Source: an uncultured Alphaproteobacteria bacterium
Lineage (GTDB): Bacteria; Pseudomonadota; Alphaproteobacteria; Rhizobiales; Xanthobacteraceae
Length of the DNA stretch: 64,000 bases
Direction: 5' to 3'
Assembly: GCA_963774995.1 (NCBI GenBank)
Contig: CAVZHJ010000002.1
Location: 61,663 to 125,662, forward strand
This document shows, one piece after another, positions 28,729-38,050 of the stretch. The notes beneath the pieces were generated by a model that made no database searches, was not told where the DNA came from, and saw only the letters and a program-made list of their open reading frames with translations. A program made the translations under genes and the position numbers. Every line of letters begins with the position of its first letter. Within the stretch, counting starts at the first letter, position 1.

Positions 28729-30093
28729 CTACGCGCTGCCGCTCCGGTATTGCGCGGCAGCGTGCGACACCGGCAACCGGGCGCGCCCAAAGAGCTTCTC
28801 GCGATAGGTCCCGCGCCCGTAGGCGGTCTTGTAGACGCCGCGCTCCTGCAATATCGGCACCAGCAGGTCGACCACATCATCGATACACTCAGGGACGACC
28901 GTTCGCGCCAGGTTGAATCCATCGACGCCGGCGCCCTCGCTCAAATCCATGAGCGTGTCCGCAACGCTGGTTGCGGTGCCGATCAGTGGCTTTTGGCGAC
29001 TGCCGAGCACCATCTGCTCGAGCAGCATGCGGCGCGTCCATTTGGGCCCGGCCCTGCGCGTCATGATCTCGACGTTGGAGACGATCGCCTCGCTCTTGCT
29101 GGAATCAACCGGCTCGTCGAGATCGTACTTTGCGAAATCGATGCCGAGCGAAGCCGCCGCATGCACAAGCGCTGCTTCCGAACTCGCGTAACGTCGGTAG
29201 TCCTCAAATTTTTCCAGTGCCTCCTGCTCGGTTCGGCCCAGGATCAGCGTCACGCCCATGAACACCTGCACATCATCGGCGGCGCGACCGAGCTGCACCG
29301 CCTGCGCGCGGATGTCGTCGACGATTGCCTTCGCACCTGCCTTGTCCTGGCTGTTCACGAACACACATTCGGCATGGGTGGCGGCGAAGCGGCGCCCGCG
29401 CCCCGACGCGCCCGCCTGATAGAGCACCGGGGTGCGCTGCGGCGACGGCGCGCAGAGATGCATCGCGTCCAGCTTGTACTGCGGACCACGATGATGGATC
29501 ACACGGACTTTTGCCGGATCGGCATAGACGCCGCCGGCGCGATCCTGCAGCACCGCGTCATCGTCCCAGCTTCCCTCCCAAAGTTTGTAGACGAGCGACA
29601 TGTACTCGTCGGCGAGGTCGTAGCGGTCATCATGTGCTGTCTGCCCCTCCATGCCGATCGCGCGCGCAGCGCTGTCGAGGTAGCCGGTGACGATGTTCCA
29701 GGCGATGCGGCCGCCAGTCAGATGATCGAGCGTGGACATCCGCCGCGCAAACAGAAACGGCTGCTCGTAGGTGAGATTGCAAGTCACGCCAAAACTCAGG
29801 TTGCGGGTCACGGCGGCCATGGCCGGAATGATCAGGGTCGGATCATTGACAGGCACCTGAACCGCGCCGCGAATTGCGCTGTCGGCGCTGCCGCCAAACA
29901 CGTCATAGACGCCGACCACGTCGGCCAGGAAGATGCCGTCGAATAGCCCGGCCTCGAGCCTTTTGGCGTAGTCGATCCAGTATTGCAGCTCGTTGAAACG
30001 GCCGGATTGGTCGCGCGGATGCGTCCAGAGCCCATGCTGGATATGGCCGACGCAATTCATATCAAAGGCATTTAGACGAATTTCGCGCGACAT
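28729..30093 (-). CDS. LLM class monooxygenase (DszA/NtaA-like)
   Basis: LNAFDMNC, FDGIFLAD, STLDHLTGGRIAWNIVTG, PSPQRTPVLYQAG. Confidence 0.92.
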   Translation of the reverse strand: MSREIRLNAFDMNCVGHIQHGLWTHPRDQSGRFNELQYWIDYAKRLEAGLFDGIFLADVVGVYDVFGGSADSAIRGAVQVPVNDPTLIIPAMAAVTRNLSFGVTCNLTYEQPFLFARRMSTLDHLTGGRIAWNIVTGYLDSAARAIGMEGQTAHDDRYDLADEYMSLVYKLWEGSWDDDAVLQDRAGGVYADPAKVRVIHHRGPQYKLDAMHLCAPSPQRTPVLYQAGASGRGRRFAATHAECVFVNSQDKAGAKAIVDDIRAQAVQLGRAADDVQVFMGVTLILGRTEQEALEKFEDYRRYASSEAALVHAAASLGIDFAKYDLDEPVDSSKSEAIVSNVEIMTRRAGPKWTRRMLLEQMVLGSRQKPLIGTATSVADTLMDLSEGAGVDGFNLARTVVPECIDDVVDLLVPILQERGVYKTAYGRGTYREKLFGRARLPVSHAAAQYRSGSA

Positions 30094-30197
30094 ATTCTGA
30101 TGCTCGCGTGCAAGATTTAGCCAACGGCAAGGTGTCTCACCGCAACCTGCTATACTATAGATAAAGATTACCGGTCTCGCGTACTCAGGAGCCTGCC

Positions 30198-31682
30198 ATG
30201 CCCCCTCCCCCGTCGGCGCCCGATCTCATCATCCGCGGCGCCCTGCTCATCGATGGCAGCGGGAAACCGGCCACCCGCGGCGATCTCGCGGTGAAAGACG
30301 ACCGCATCACGGCAATGGGAGACCTTTCGCAGATCAAAGGCGCGCGTGAAATTCCGGCACAAGGCCTGGCGCTGGCGCCCGGCTTCATAGACACCCACAC
30401 CCATGACGACCGGGCGTTGCTCAGCGACCCGCTGATGGCGTGCAAGATCAGCCAGGGTGTCACCTCGGTGGTCACCGGCAACTGCGGCATCAGCCTCGCG
30501 CCGCTGTCGATCGACCGTTACCCGCCTCCGCCGCTCGACATCATCGGACGCGAGCCGCAGCAATTCTTTCCGACCTTCGATGCCTATCTGTCAGCGCTGG
30601 ATCGCGAACCGCCCGCACTCAACGCCGTCTGCCAGGTCGGGCATTCGACCTTGCGGGTCGGCGCGATGGAGCGCCTCGATCGCGCCGCCTCCGGGACGGA
30701 AATCAACGCCATGCGGCAAACGCTGGAGGACGCGCTGGAGCAAGGCGCGATCGGTCTCTCGACCGGGTTGTATTATCCGCCTGCAAAAGATGCGCCGACC
30801 GACGAGATTGTCACACTTGCCACGGCGGTGCGCGCTTACGGCGGCATCCACACCACCCACATGCGCGATGAGGCTTCGCATCTGGTCGAGTCCGTCAACG
30901 AGACGATTTCGATCGGCAAGGCCGCCGACATTCCGGTCGTGATCTCGCACCACAAGGCCACCGGCATCCCGAACCACGGCATGGTCGCGACGACACTCGA
31001 GCTGATCGCGAAGGCCCGCAAGCGCCAGCGTCTCGGCCTCGATGCCTATCCTTATGTGGCATCCTCGACGATGCTGGACCCGCGCCGTATTTCGCTCGCG
31101 AGCAAGGTCATCGTCACCTGGTCGAAGGCTCGCCCGGAGTTCGCGGGCCAGACCCTCGATGACATCGCGACGGCTCTCGGCACCACCCTGGACGATGCCG
31201 CGACACAATTGCTGCCTGCAGGCGCGATCTACTTCATGATGAGCGAGGACGATGTCCGGCGCGTGCTCGCGTTCCCCCATACCATGATCGGATCCGATGG
31301 TCTGCCGCACGACGAGCACCCGCACCCACGGCTGTGGGGCACCTTTCCGCGGGTGCTCGGTCACTACGCGCGCGACGTAAAACTCTTCACGCTCGAGGAA
31401 GCGGTGCGGCGGATGACGGCGCTATCCGCCGCGCAGTTCGGCCTGAAGGATCGCGGCGTACTGCGGACCGGTGCCTATGCCGATCTGGTGCTGTTCGATC
31501 CGGCGACGATCGCCGACGCCGCAACCTTCGCACAGCCGAAAACGCCGGCGAAAGGCATCACCGAGGTGTTCGTCAATGGCCGATCCGTCTGGAAAGACGG
31601 CGCCGCCACCGGCAATCGGCCCGGCCGCGCACTGCGGCGACACCAGCTTGGCCCGATGGGCGGCAGCATGGACGCGGCGTAG
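30198..31682 (+). CDS. N-acyl-D-amino-acid deacylase (D-aminoacylase)
   Basis: PGFIDTHTHDD, GNCG, HMRDE, SHHK, GSDG, PHPRLWGTFPRVLG. Confidence 0.93.
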   Translation: MPPPPSAPDLIIRGALLIDGSGKPATRGDLAVKDDRITAMGDLSQIKGAREIPAQGLALAPGFIDTHTHDDRALLSDPLMACKISQGVTSVVTGNCGISLAPLSIDRYPPPPLDIIGREPQQFFPTFDAYLSALDREPPALNAVCQVGHSTLRVGAMERLDRAASGTEINAMRQTLEDALEQGAIGLSTGLYYPPAKDAPTDEIVTLATAVRAYGGIHTTHMRDEASHLVESVNETISIGKAADIPVVISHHKATGIPNHGMVATTLELIAKARKRQRLGLDAYPYVASSTMLDPRRISLASKVIVTWSKARPEFAGQTLDDIATALGTTLDDAATQLLPAGAIYFMMSEDDVRRVLAFPHTMIGSDGLPHDEHPHPRLWGTFPRVLGHYARDVKLFTLEEAVRRMTALSAAQFGLKDRGVLRTGAYADLVLFDPATIADAATFAQPKTPAKGITEVFVNGRSVWKDGAATGNRPGRALRRHQLGPMGGSMDAA

Positions 31683-31744
31683 GGAACACGCCCGGCCGAA
31701 GCGTTCAAAGCATCGAAACTCTTCAACGAACGGCAACCCCGAAA

Positions 31745-32959
31745 ATGGTCCAGACAAGGAAGATAGAATTTACCGGCGCCTCCGGGCAGAAGCTGGCCGC
31801 CCGCCTCGATACACCGCCCTTACCCCGCGCATACGCGCTGTTTGCGCACTGCTTCACGTGCGGCAAGGATATCTTCGCGGCAGCCCGAATAGCTGAAGGC
31901 TTGACTGCACGCGGCATTGCCGTGTTGCGCTTCGATTTCACCGGCATCGGCAGCAGCGAGGGTGAATTCGCCAACACCAATTTTTCGTCCAACGTTCAGG
32001 ATATGATCCACGCCGCAGACTACCTGCGTCAGGAGCTGTCGCCTCCGGCCCTGCTGATCGGCCACAGCCTCGGCGGCGCCGCGGTTCTTGCGGCCGCGCC
32101 GCATATTCCGGAGGCGGCTGCCGTGGTCACAATCGGCGCCCCCTCTTCGGCTTCGCACGTCTTGCACAATTTCGCAGGCAAGCTGGACGAGATCCAGCAA
32201 AGCGGGTCGGCAACCGTCACGCTGGCGGGCCGCCAGTTTGTCATCGCCAGGCAGTTTCTCGATGATGTCGGCAACCAGAATTTTCTTGAAGGCGTCGCCC
32301 ACATGAAAAAGGCGCTGCTGGTCTGTCATGCCCCGCTGGATGAAATTGTGGGGATCGACAACGCCACCGCAATCTTTGTCGCGGCACGGCATCCCAAGAG
32401 CTTTGTATCACTCGACACCGCAGATCATCTGCTGCGAAAGCGCGCGGACGCGATCTATGCAGCCGACATGATTGCAGCCTGGTCGTCGCGCTATCTACCG
32501 GAAACTGCTCAAGCCGGGGGCGTTCTGCCCGCCGGCCTTGTGGAAGTGAGCGAGACAAGGACCGGTCCACTGACACAGCTGGTGAGGGCCGGACAGCATA
32601 GGTTCCTCGCCGGAGAGCCCGTTGCAGCCGGCGGTGACGATGCCGGGCCCGGACCCTATGACCTTCTCCTTGCCGCCCTTGGCACCTGCAGCTCCATGAC
32701 GATGCGGCTCTATGCCGATCGAAAAGGAATTGCTGCAGACAGGTTCACCGTTCGGCTGACGCACCGGCGCGTCCACGCCGAGGATTGCCTCGATTGCGAA
32801 ACGGAGAAAGGCGACATCGGCGAGATTTCCAAAGAGATCACCATCAAGGGCGATATCTCCGAAGCCGACCGAATGAAGCTGTTCGAGATTGCCGCAAAGT
32901 GCCCCGTTCACAAGACTCTGACGAACGAGATCAAGATTCGATCAAAACTCGTGCAATAG
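31745..32959 (+). CDS. Bifunctional alpha/beta hydrolase - OsmC domain protein
   Basis: FAHCFTCGKD, GHSLGG, DTADHLL; C-terminal PYDLLLAALGTC...KCPVHKTL. Confidence 0.93.
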   Translation: MVQTRKIEFTGASGQKLAARLDTPPLPRAYALFAHCFTCGKDIFAAARIAEGLTARGIAVLRFDFTGIGSSEGEFANTNFSSNVQDMIHAADYLRQELSPPALLIGHSLGGAAVLAAAPHIPEAAAVVTIGAPSSASHVLHNFAGKLDEIQQSGSATVTLAGRQFVIARQFLDDVGNQNFLEGVAHMKKALLVCHAPLDEIVGIDNATAIFVAARHPKSFVSLDTADHLLRKRADAIYAADMIAAWSSRYLPETAQAGGVLPAGLVEVSETRTGPLTQLVRAGQHRFLAGEPVAAGGDDAGPGPYDLLLAALGTCSSMTMRLYADRKGIAADRFTVRLTHRRVHAEDCLDCETEKGDIGEISKEITIKGDISEADRMKLFEIAAKCPVHKTLTNEIKIRSKLVQ

Positions 32960-33026
32960 CCCGCCGCGCGGCGGACTCTGATGCCATTCCTGCTAGAGTA
33001 AGAAAAATCGGGAGCGGGAGGAAGGC

Positions 33027-34379
33027 ATGACCATTTCACGTCGGCGTTTCATCGGCAGCGCAGCCGTGATCGCCATTACCGCAGGTTCCTCATGGTCGCG
33101 CGCCTTTGCGCAAACCAGCGCCGCGCCGCCGCCGATCGTTTTCGCGCATGGCAATGGCGACCACGCAGCGCTGTGGATGACGACGCTGTGGCGGATGGAA
33201 TCCAACGGCATTGCGCGCGATCGCATGCATGCGATCAATTTCACCGATCCGTTGGCACGAAGCGACGACGCGAAGGAGCAACCGAACCGGTCCTCCACGG
33301 AGGATCAGCGCAACGAATTCGCCAGGGCCGTCGCCGGGTTGAAGCAACGGACCGGCGCACCGCGCGTCGCAGCGATCGCCAATTCGCGCGGCGGCTACGC
33401 GATCCGCAATTATGTTGCCGGCGGGGCCAAGGATATCAGCCACGCCGTGCTTTGTGGTGTCCCCAATCACGGCGTGTTCAACTGGGAGGATTCCCCCGGC
33501 AGCGAATTCAACGGCCGCGGATCTTTTCTGACAAGGCTGAACAGCGGCGAACTTGAGGTCACGCCCGGTACCGAGTTCCTGACCTTGCGCAGTGATGGCT
33601 ACGACAAGTTCGCACAACCGGACGGCCGATTTGCCGGCAAGCCGGGCACACCGACCGGCGTAACCTCCGAGGGACCGGCGCTGCGCGGCGCGACAAATCT
33701 CGTGCTTGACCGGCTGGATCATCGCGAAGTCGCTTTCCATCCGCGCGCCTTTCGCGAGATGTTCAAGTTCATCGCCGGGCGCGAGCCGGAACGGCTCGAT
33801 ATCGTGCCGGAGCCGCGCGTGCGATTGTCCGGCCTCGTCACCGCCCTCGCCGGCGGCGCGCAGACCAATCGGCCGGTCGCTGGCGCATCGGTCGAAGTCT
33901 TTCGCGTGTCTGCCGACAGCGGGGAGCGGCTGGGTGCGGCCGTCTACGCGGCGACGACCGCAGCCGATGGCGTGTGGGGGCCGGCCGAGGTCGAGCCAAC
34001 ATCCTGTCTTGAGTTCGTTCTTGGCGTCGAAGGCTCACCGACGACTTATTACTATCGCTCACCCTTTTCACGCTCGTCGAATGTGCTGCATCTCCGGCCC
34101 GGGCGTGCGCTGGCCCCAGCTGATGCGGGAGCCGGCGCAGTTGTCCTCATGACACGTCCGCGCGGCTATTTCGGCTTGCCGCGCGATGTCGTGCTGCTCG
34201 ATGGCAAGGAGCCGAAGGAAGTCGCCACGGGCGTCCCGGGCGATGCGACCGCGACGGTGCGGCTGCCCGAGAACGAAAAGGGCCGGCCGGTGGTCGCCAT
34301 GTTCAACCAGGAGCGGATCGTCGCACGCGCCTGGCCGGCTTCGGAGAACAGGATCACCATTGCCGAACTGACGCACTAA
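33027..34379 (+). CDS. Tat-exported alpha/beta hydrolase (lipase/esterase-like) with C-terminal beta domain
   Basis: SRRRFI Tat motif; HGNGD, ANSRGG nucleophile, G-PNHG, LDHRE. Confidence 0.85.
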   Translation: MTISRRRFIGSAAVIAITAGSSWSRAFAQTSAAPPPIVFAHGNGDHAALWMTTLWRMESNGIARDRMHAINFTDPLARSDDAKEQPNRSSTEDQRNEFARAVAGLKQRTGAPRVAAIANSRGGYAIRNYVAGGAKDISHAVLCGVPNHGVFNWEDSPGSEFNGRGSFLTRLNSGELEVTPGTEFLTLRSDGYDKFAQPDGRFAGKPGTPTGVTSEGPALRGATNLVLDRLDHREVAFHPRAFREMFKFIAGREPERLDIVPEPRVRLSGLVTALAGGAQTNRPVAGASVEVFRVSADSGERLGAAVYAATTAADGVWGPAEVEPTSCLEFVLGVEGSPTTYYYRSPFSRSSNVLHLRPGRALAPADAGAGAVVLMTRPRGYFGLPRDVVLLDGKEPKEVATGVPGDATATVRLPENEKGRPVVAMFNQERIVARAWPASENRITIAELTH

Positions 34380-34380
34380 A

Positions 34381-34416
34381 GCGCAATGAGTTGAGGTCCG
34401 GTCAACGTCATTGCGC
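34381..34416 (+). terminator. Hairpin directly after the stop codon (possible terminator)
   Basis: gcgcaatga...tcattgcgc 9-bp IR plus ttga/tcaa; no U-tract. Confidence 0.4.
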
Positions 34417-34464
34417 ACGTTCGCGGCCAACAGATTCAATTGTCAAACAGCCTCGCGTCTCGTT

Positions 34465-34595
34465 CCCGGATGGAGCGCAGCGCAATCCGGGCTGAGTTTG
34501 CGACAAGAATCCCGGATCTCGCCATAGCCGATGCGAAGCATCGGCGTTCTTTCTTAAGAACGGCAGCCTGAAGGCCGCCTATGTCATCCAGGCTG
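34465..34595. repeat. Degenerate GTAG-type REP doublet with nested CATAG...CTATG module
   Basis: cccggatggagcgcagcgcaatccggg arm; second arm cccggatctcgc[...]tcatccaggct interrupted at 34523-34583. Confidence 0.7.
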
Positions 34596-34599
34596 CAAT

Positions 34600-35066
34600 C
34601 CAGACGCGCGTCATCACCCCGTGTTCAGTCCGGCCCCAGTGCACGCCGGTCTTCTGTTGTCTTGCCTTCCTCATCTCCCCCGAAGGGGCGTGCGGAACGA
34701 CAGGGCGTTTCACCGCGCCCGCGGCGCCACGTGGGTGAACCACGTGGCAGCCGTGTGCCGAAGCACACGGCAAACAGCAGCCTCGGACGCAGGAAACGCC
34801 TGCTTTCCGCACGCGACGGATTTGCCGGCTTGCAACTCCCAGCGGCGCCACGCGCTAGGCGCCTTGACTGAATGCTTGGCATCGCCGCATTGCTGGGTCC
34901 TCGGGCCGCCCACCTCGTCTGCGGGTCGTGGTCCTTTCACTACCTTACAGGCAGCGCGCCTCACGGCGCGCGCCCGCACGAAAGGCCCACAGACGCGACG
35001 GGTCCGTCGCATCCCGCTCCTGCGCCGGTCACGCAACCGGCGCACCTCTTTGGCCGGAGCGGGATG
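34600..35066 (-). ncRNA. Putative large structured non-coding RNA / structured repeat element of unknown family
   Basis: Many perfect helices (11, 10, 9, 9, 9, 7 bp), two cUUCGg and one GNRA tetraloop read on the minus strand, upstream -35/-10 promoter; no convincing ORF; 3' end uncertain. Confidence 0.65.
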
Positions 35067-35072
35067 GGAAAA

Positions 35073-35101
35073 ACGATAATCCCGGCCGCAGAACAAATCA
35101 A
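35073..35101 (-). promoter_or_regulatory. Sigma70-like promoter for the structured element
   Basis: Minus strand TTGATT (35101-35096), 17-bp spacer, TATCGT (35078-35073); AT-rich UP-like tract 35102-35128. Confidence 0.55.
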
Positions 35102-35260
35102 GAATTATTTTCTGTAAATCAGAAATATGGCAGCCCGCGGGCGTCGCGCCACAGAACTCACCGGCGGTGCAAGGTCCCGGAGCGCGATGGCTTGCCAGCC
35201 GGTCAAAAAAACCACGAACCATTCACGCTTTGGCGCGCGAGTTCTCGCCGACCGTCGCTC

Positions 35261-35695
35261 TCAAAACAGTCGCTGGGCATTCCTGGACAGTGAAAAGCCG
35301 TGCCCCAACGCGTTGGAGCATGTCACGCCGCTCTGCTCGGATGCGCACGTGAAACCGCCATGTCGCCAGGTGCTGCCGTAACGCAGCGTCGGCAGGCTGT
35401 CGTCAACGGCTGTGTCGCCGTGGCAAAGCCTCACACCCAATCGGCTGTCGGCTGCAACGGCGAACGCCCGCCCCCAGTCAAGCTCGCAATCGCGCGGCCT
35501 GGATGGAGGCGCGCTCGATATCTGCACGATGTCGCAGCGAAGCTCTCCGTCAAAATACTGGCAGTGGATGTTGCTTGAGGGAGACTTGAATCCGGCGGGC
35601 CCGGTGCGAGCACCCTGCGGCGTCGCGGATGTCAGGCCGGCGAGAAGAACAACGATCGCGGCAACAACTGCGCCGGCATGGCTACCGCATCTCAT
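35261..35695 (-). CDS. Small secreted Cys-rich protein (DUF6636-like)
   Basis: Signal peptide; FKSPSSNIHC...LRCD...C.GDT...LRYG..W....FTC.S...GVTC.N...HGF.LSR. Confidence 0.8.
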   Translation of the reverse strand: MRCGSHAGAVVAAIVVLLAGLTSATPQGARTGPAGFKSPSSNIHCQYFDGELRCDIVQISSAPPSRPRDCELDWGRAFAVAADSRLGVRLCHGDTAVDDSLPTLRYGSTWRHGGFTCASEQSGVTCSNALGHGFSLSRNAQRLF

Positions 35696-35704
35696 TGCAA
35701 GCCT

Positions 35705-36853
35705 CTACCCTACGCCCATCAGCCTGGCGATGACATTGCGCATGATCTCGCTGGAACCGCCGCCGATCGGTCCGACGCGGGCATCGCGGTACAGGCGGCT
35801 CATCGGACCGTCCATATAGCCGGCGCCGCCCATGATCTGCACGCCCAGATCTGCGACCTTCATATTGTTCTCGGTGGCGACGGTCTTGGCGATCGATGTC
35901 TCCATCACCGCCGGCACGCCCTGATCCAGCATATCGGCCGCAGAATAGGTGTGCAGCCGCACGCTCTCGGTCAACATCATCATGTCGGCGAACTTGTGCG
36001 AGATCGCCTGATATTCCGTGATCGTCTTGCCGAACGCAACGCGTTGTGTTGCCCAGTCCCTGGCGATGTCGATAATCTTGAGGCATTGGCCGGCGCTGGA
36101 GGCGCCGAGCAGAACGCGCTCGAGATTGAGGCCGCGCATCATCTTGCTCCAGCCTTCGTTTTCCTCACCGATCATCCTGCTGGCAGGAACCCGCACACCG
36201 TCGAAGAAGATCTCGTTCGGCAGGCTGGTGCGCCGGCCCATCGGATTGAGCGGGCGGATGGTCACACCCGGAGCCTTGGTATCGACGACGAATACGCTGA
36301 TGCCTTTGCGCCCGGCATCGGGTTTGGTTTTGGTCGTCACCACAAGAAAATCTGCCACGTGTGCATTGGTAATGAATACCTTCTGTCCACTGATGACGTA
36401 GTCGTCGCCGTCGCGCACGGCGCGCGTCTTGATCGCTGCTGCATCCGATCCACCGGATGGCTCGGTATAGGCGATTGCCATCTTTCGCCGGCCTGCGATG
36501 ATCGGCGGCAGAAACTCCTTCTTCAGCCCGGGCGTGCCGAAATACTGGATATACATTCCGGCATAAATGATCGTCGTCATGAACGCCGATGCGATACCGG
36601 GATGGTGATAGGCGATCGCCTCGATGAACGCAGCAAGATCGCGATGACCCGCATTGCTGCCGCCGAACTCCTCATCAAACGGCAGCGCGAGATAGCCTTC
36701 CTTCGCCAGCGCCTGATAGGCCTCCTCCGGAAAAGCGGAATTTCTCTCCCACTCGTCGAGCTTGTCGTCCGGCGCCGCACGTTGCAGCAGCTTCAGCACA
36801 GAATCGCGGACGAGAACCTGCTGCTCGGTAAATCCAAAGGTCTTGTAGGTCAT
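35705..36853 (-). CDS. Acyl-CoA dehydrogenase
   Basis: AYTEPSGGSD, GQKVFITN, R-AFGK-I--YQ, QIMGGAGY, IGGGSSEI. Confidence 0.95.
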   Translation of the reverse strand: MTYKTFGFTEQQVLVRDSVLKLLQRAAPDDKLDEWERNSAFPEEAYQALAKEGYLALPFDEEFGGSNAGHRDLAAFIEAIAYHHPGIASAFMTTIIYAGMYIQYFGTPGLKKEFLPPIIAGRRKMAIAYTEPSGGSDAAAIKTRAVRDGDDYVISGQKVFITNAHVADFLVVTTKTKPDAGRKGISVFVVDTKAPGVTIRPLNPMGRRTSLPNEIFFDGVRVPASRMIGEENEGWSKMMRGLNLERVLLGASSAGQCLKIIDIARDWATQRVAFGKTITEYQAISHKFADMMMLTESVRLHTYSAADMLDQGVPAVMETSIAKTVATENNMKVADLGVQIMGGAGYMDGPMSRLYRDARVGPIGGGSSEIMRNVIARLMGVG

Positions 36854-36865
36854 GGTACCCGCTCG

Positions 36866-37969
36866 CTATCTCGACACGCCCCACGACGACAGTATCTCTT
36901 CGGTGTGCTGTCCCGGCCGCGGCGGCGGCCGGCTGACAACGGGCTTCGTTCGGGAAAAACGCGGCGCCGGTCCCGGCTGCGGAATGCCGGCCACCTCGAT
37001 GAACGTGCCACGCGCCTTGTTGTGCGGATGCTGCATCGCTTCCTTCACATCGAGAACCGGTGCGAAGCAGACGTCTGTTCCTTCGAGTATCTTGCACCAC
37101 TCGTCGCGGGTTTTCGTCTTGAACAGCGCAACGAGCTTTTGCTTCGCGGCGTCCCAGCCGGACCGGTCGCGCTGGCCGGTCGCAAACGCGTCCTTCAGGC
37201 CAAGGCGTTCGAGCAATTCCTCGTAGAACCTCACTTCGATGGAGGCGATCGAAACGTACTTGCCGTCCTTCGTCTCGTAGGCGCCATAGAAATGTGCGCC
37301 GCCGTCGACGGAATTCGAGCCGCGCTCATTGACCCACGCTCCGGAAGCGGTGCCGCCGAACAGGCCGGTGATCAGCGACGCCGCACCGTCAACCATGGCT
37401 GCGTCGACCACCTGCCCCTTGCCGGATTTTCTTGCCTCCAGCAGTCCGCAGGCAAGTCCGAACGCCAGATACAGCGCGCCACCGCCGAAATCGCCGACAA
37501 GGTTCAGCGGCGGCACTGGCGGTCCATTCTTCGGGCCGATCGCGTTCAATGCGCCGACCAGCGAGATGTAGTTGATGTCATGGCCGGCCGCGGGCGCGAG
37601 CGGTCCCTCCTGCCCCCATCCCGTCATCCGGCCGTACACCAGCCGTGGATTGAGCCTGAGACACGCGTCCGGGCCGAGCCCCAGCCGTTCCATCACGCCG
37701 GGCCGGAATCCTTCGACCAGCGCGTCGGCCTTCGCCACCAGCGCCTTCGCAACCTCGATGTCGGCAGGTTTTTTCAAGTCGAGCGCGATCGAACGGCGTC
37801 CGCGCGTGAGCAGATTGAATTTCGGCTCGGTCGGCGTACCCAGGTCAGCAGGCTCCGTGCGATCGATCCGGACGACATCAGCGCCCATGTCCGACAGCAG
37901 CATGCAACAGAACGGGCCCGGCCCGATGCCGGCGAACTCAACAATCTTGATTCCTTCCAACGGTCCCAT
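36866..37969 (-). CDS. CaiB/BaiF family III CoA-transferase / alpha-methylacyl-CoA racemase-like
   Basis: GIGPGPF, EGFRPGVMERLGLG, AGHDINY, NLVGDFGGG. Confidence 0.93.
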   Translation of the reverse strand: MGPLEGIKIVEFAGIGPGPFCCMLLSDMGADVVRIDRTEPADLGTPTEPKFNLLTRGRRSIALDLKKPADIEVAKALVAKADALVEGFRPGVMERLGLGPDACLRLNPRLVYGRMTGWGQEGPLAPAAGHDINYISLVGALNAIGPKNGPPVPPLNLVGDFGGGALYLAFGLACGLLEARKSGKGQVVDAAMVDGAASLITGLFGGTASGAWVNERGSNSVDGGAHFYGAYETKDGKYVSIASIEVRFYEELLERLGLKDAFATGQRDRSGWDAAKQKLVALFKTKTRDEWCKILEGTDVCFAPVLDVKEAMQHPHNKARGTFIEVAGIPQPGPAPRFSRTKPVVSRPPPRPGQHTEEILSSWGVSR

Positions 37970-37994
37970 CTGATCCTGCCTTTCAATTTTCCCG

Positions 37995-38021
37995 GTCATG
38001 GCCGGGCTTGACCCGGCCATC
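37995..38021. repeat. Single REP-like palindromic arm
   Basis: gtcatggccggg cttga cccggccatc hairpin between co-oriented genes. Confidence 0.6.
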
Positions 38022-38050
38022 TCGCTTGGGGGCACGGTGCCTCCATGTCC

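Noticed and set aside
34600-35066. Identification as RNase P, tmRNA, group II intron or cobalamin riboswitch
   Set aside because: No GAGGAAAGTCC / AGAACCCGGCTTA, no tRNA-like ends or tag frame, no recognisable domain V or RT ORF, no B12 box; judged by eye only
34579-35293. Several 60-170 aa ORFs overlapping the structured element
   Set aside because: Arg/Ala/Pro-rich, no motifs or clear RBS, present in all frames; better explained as chance ORFs in GC-rich structured DNA
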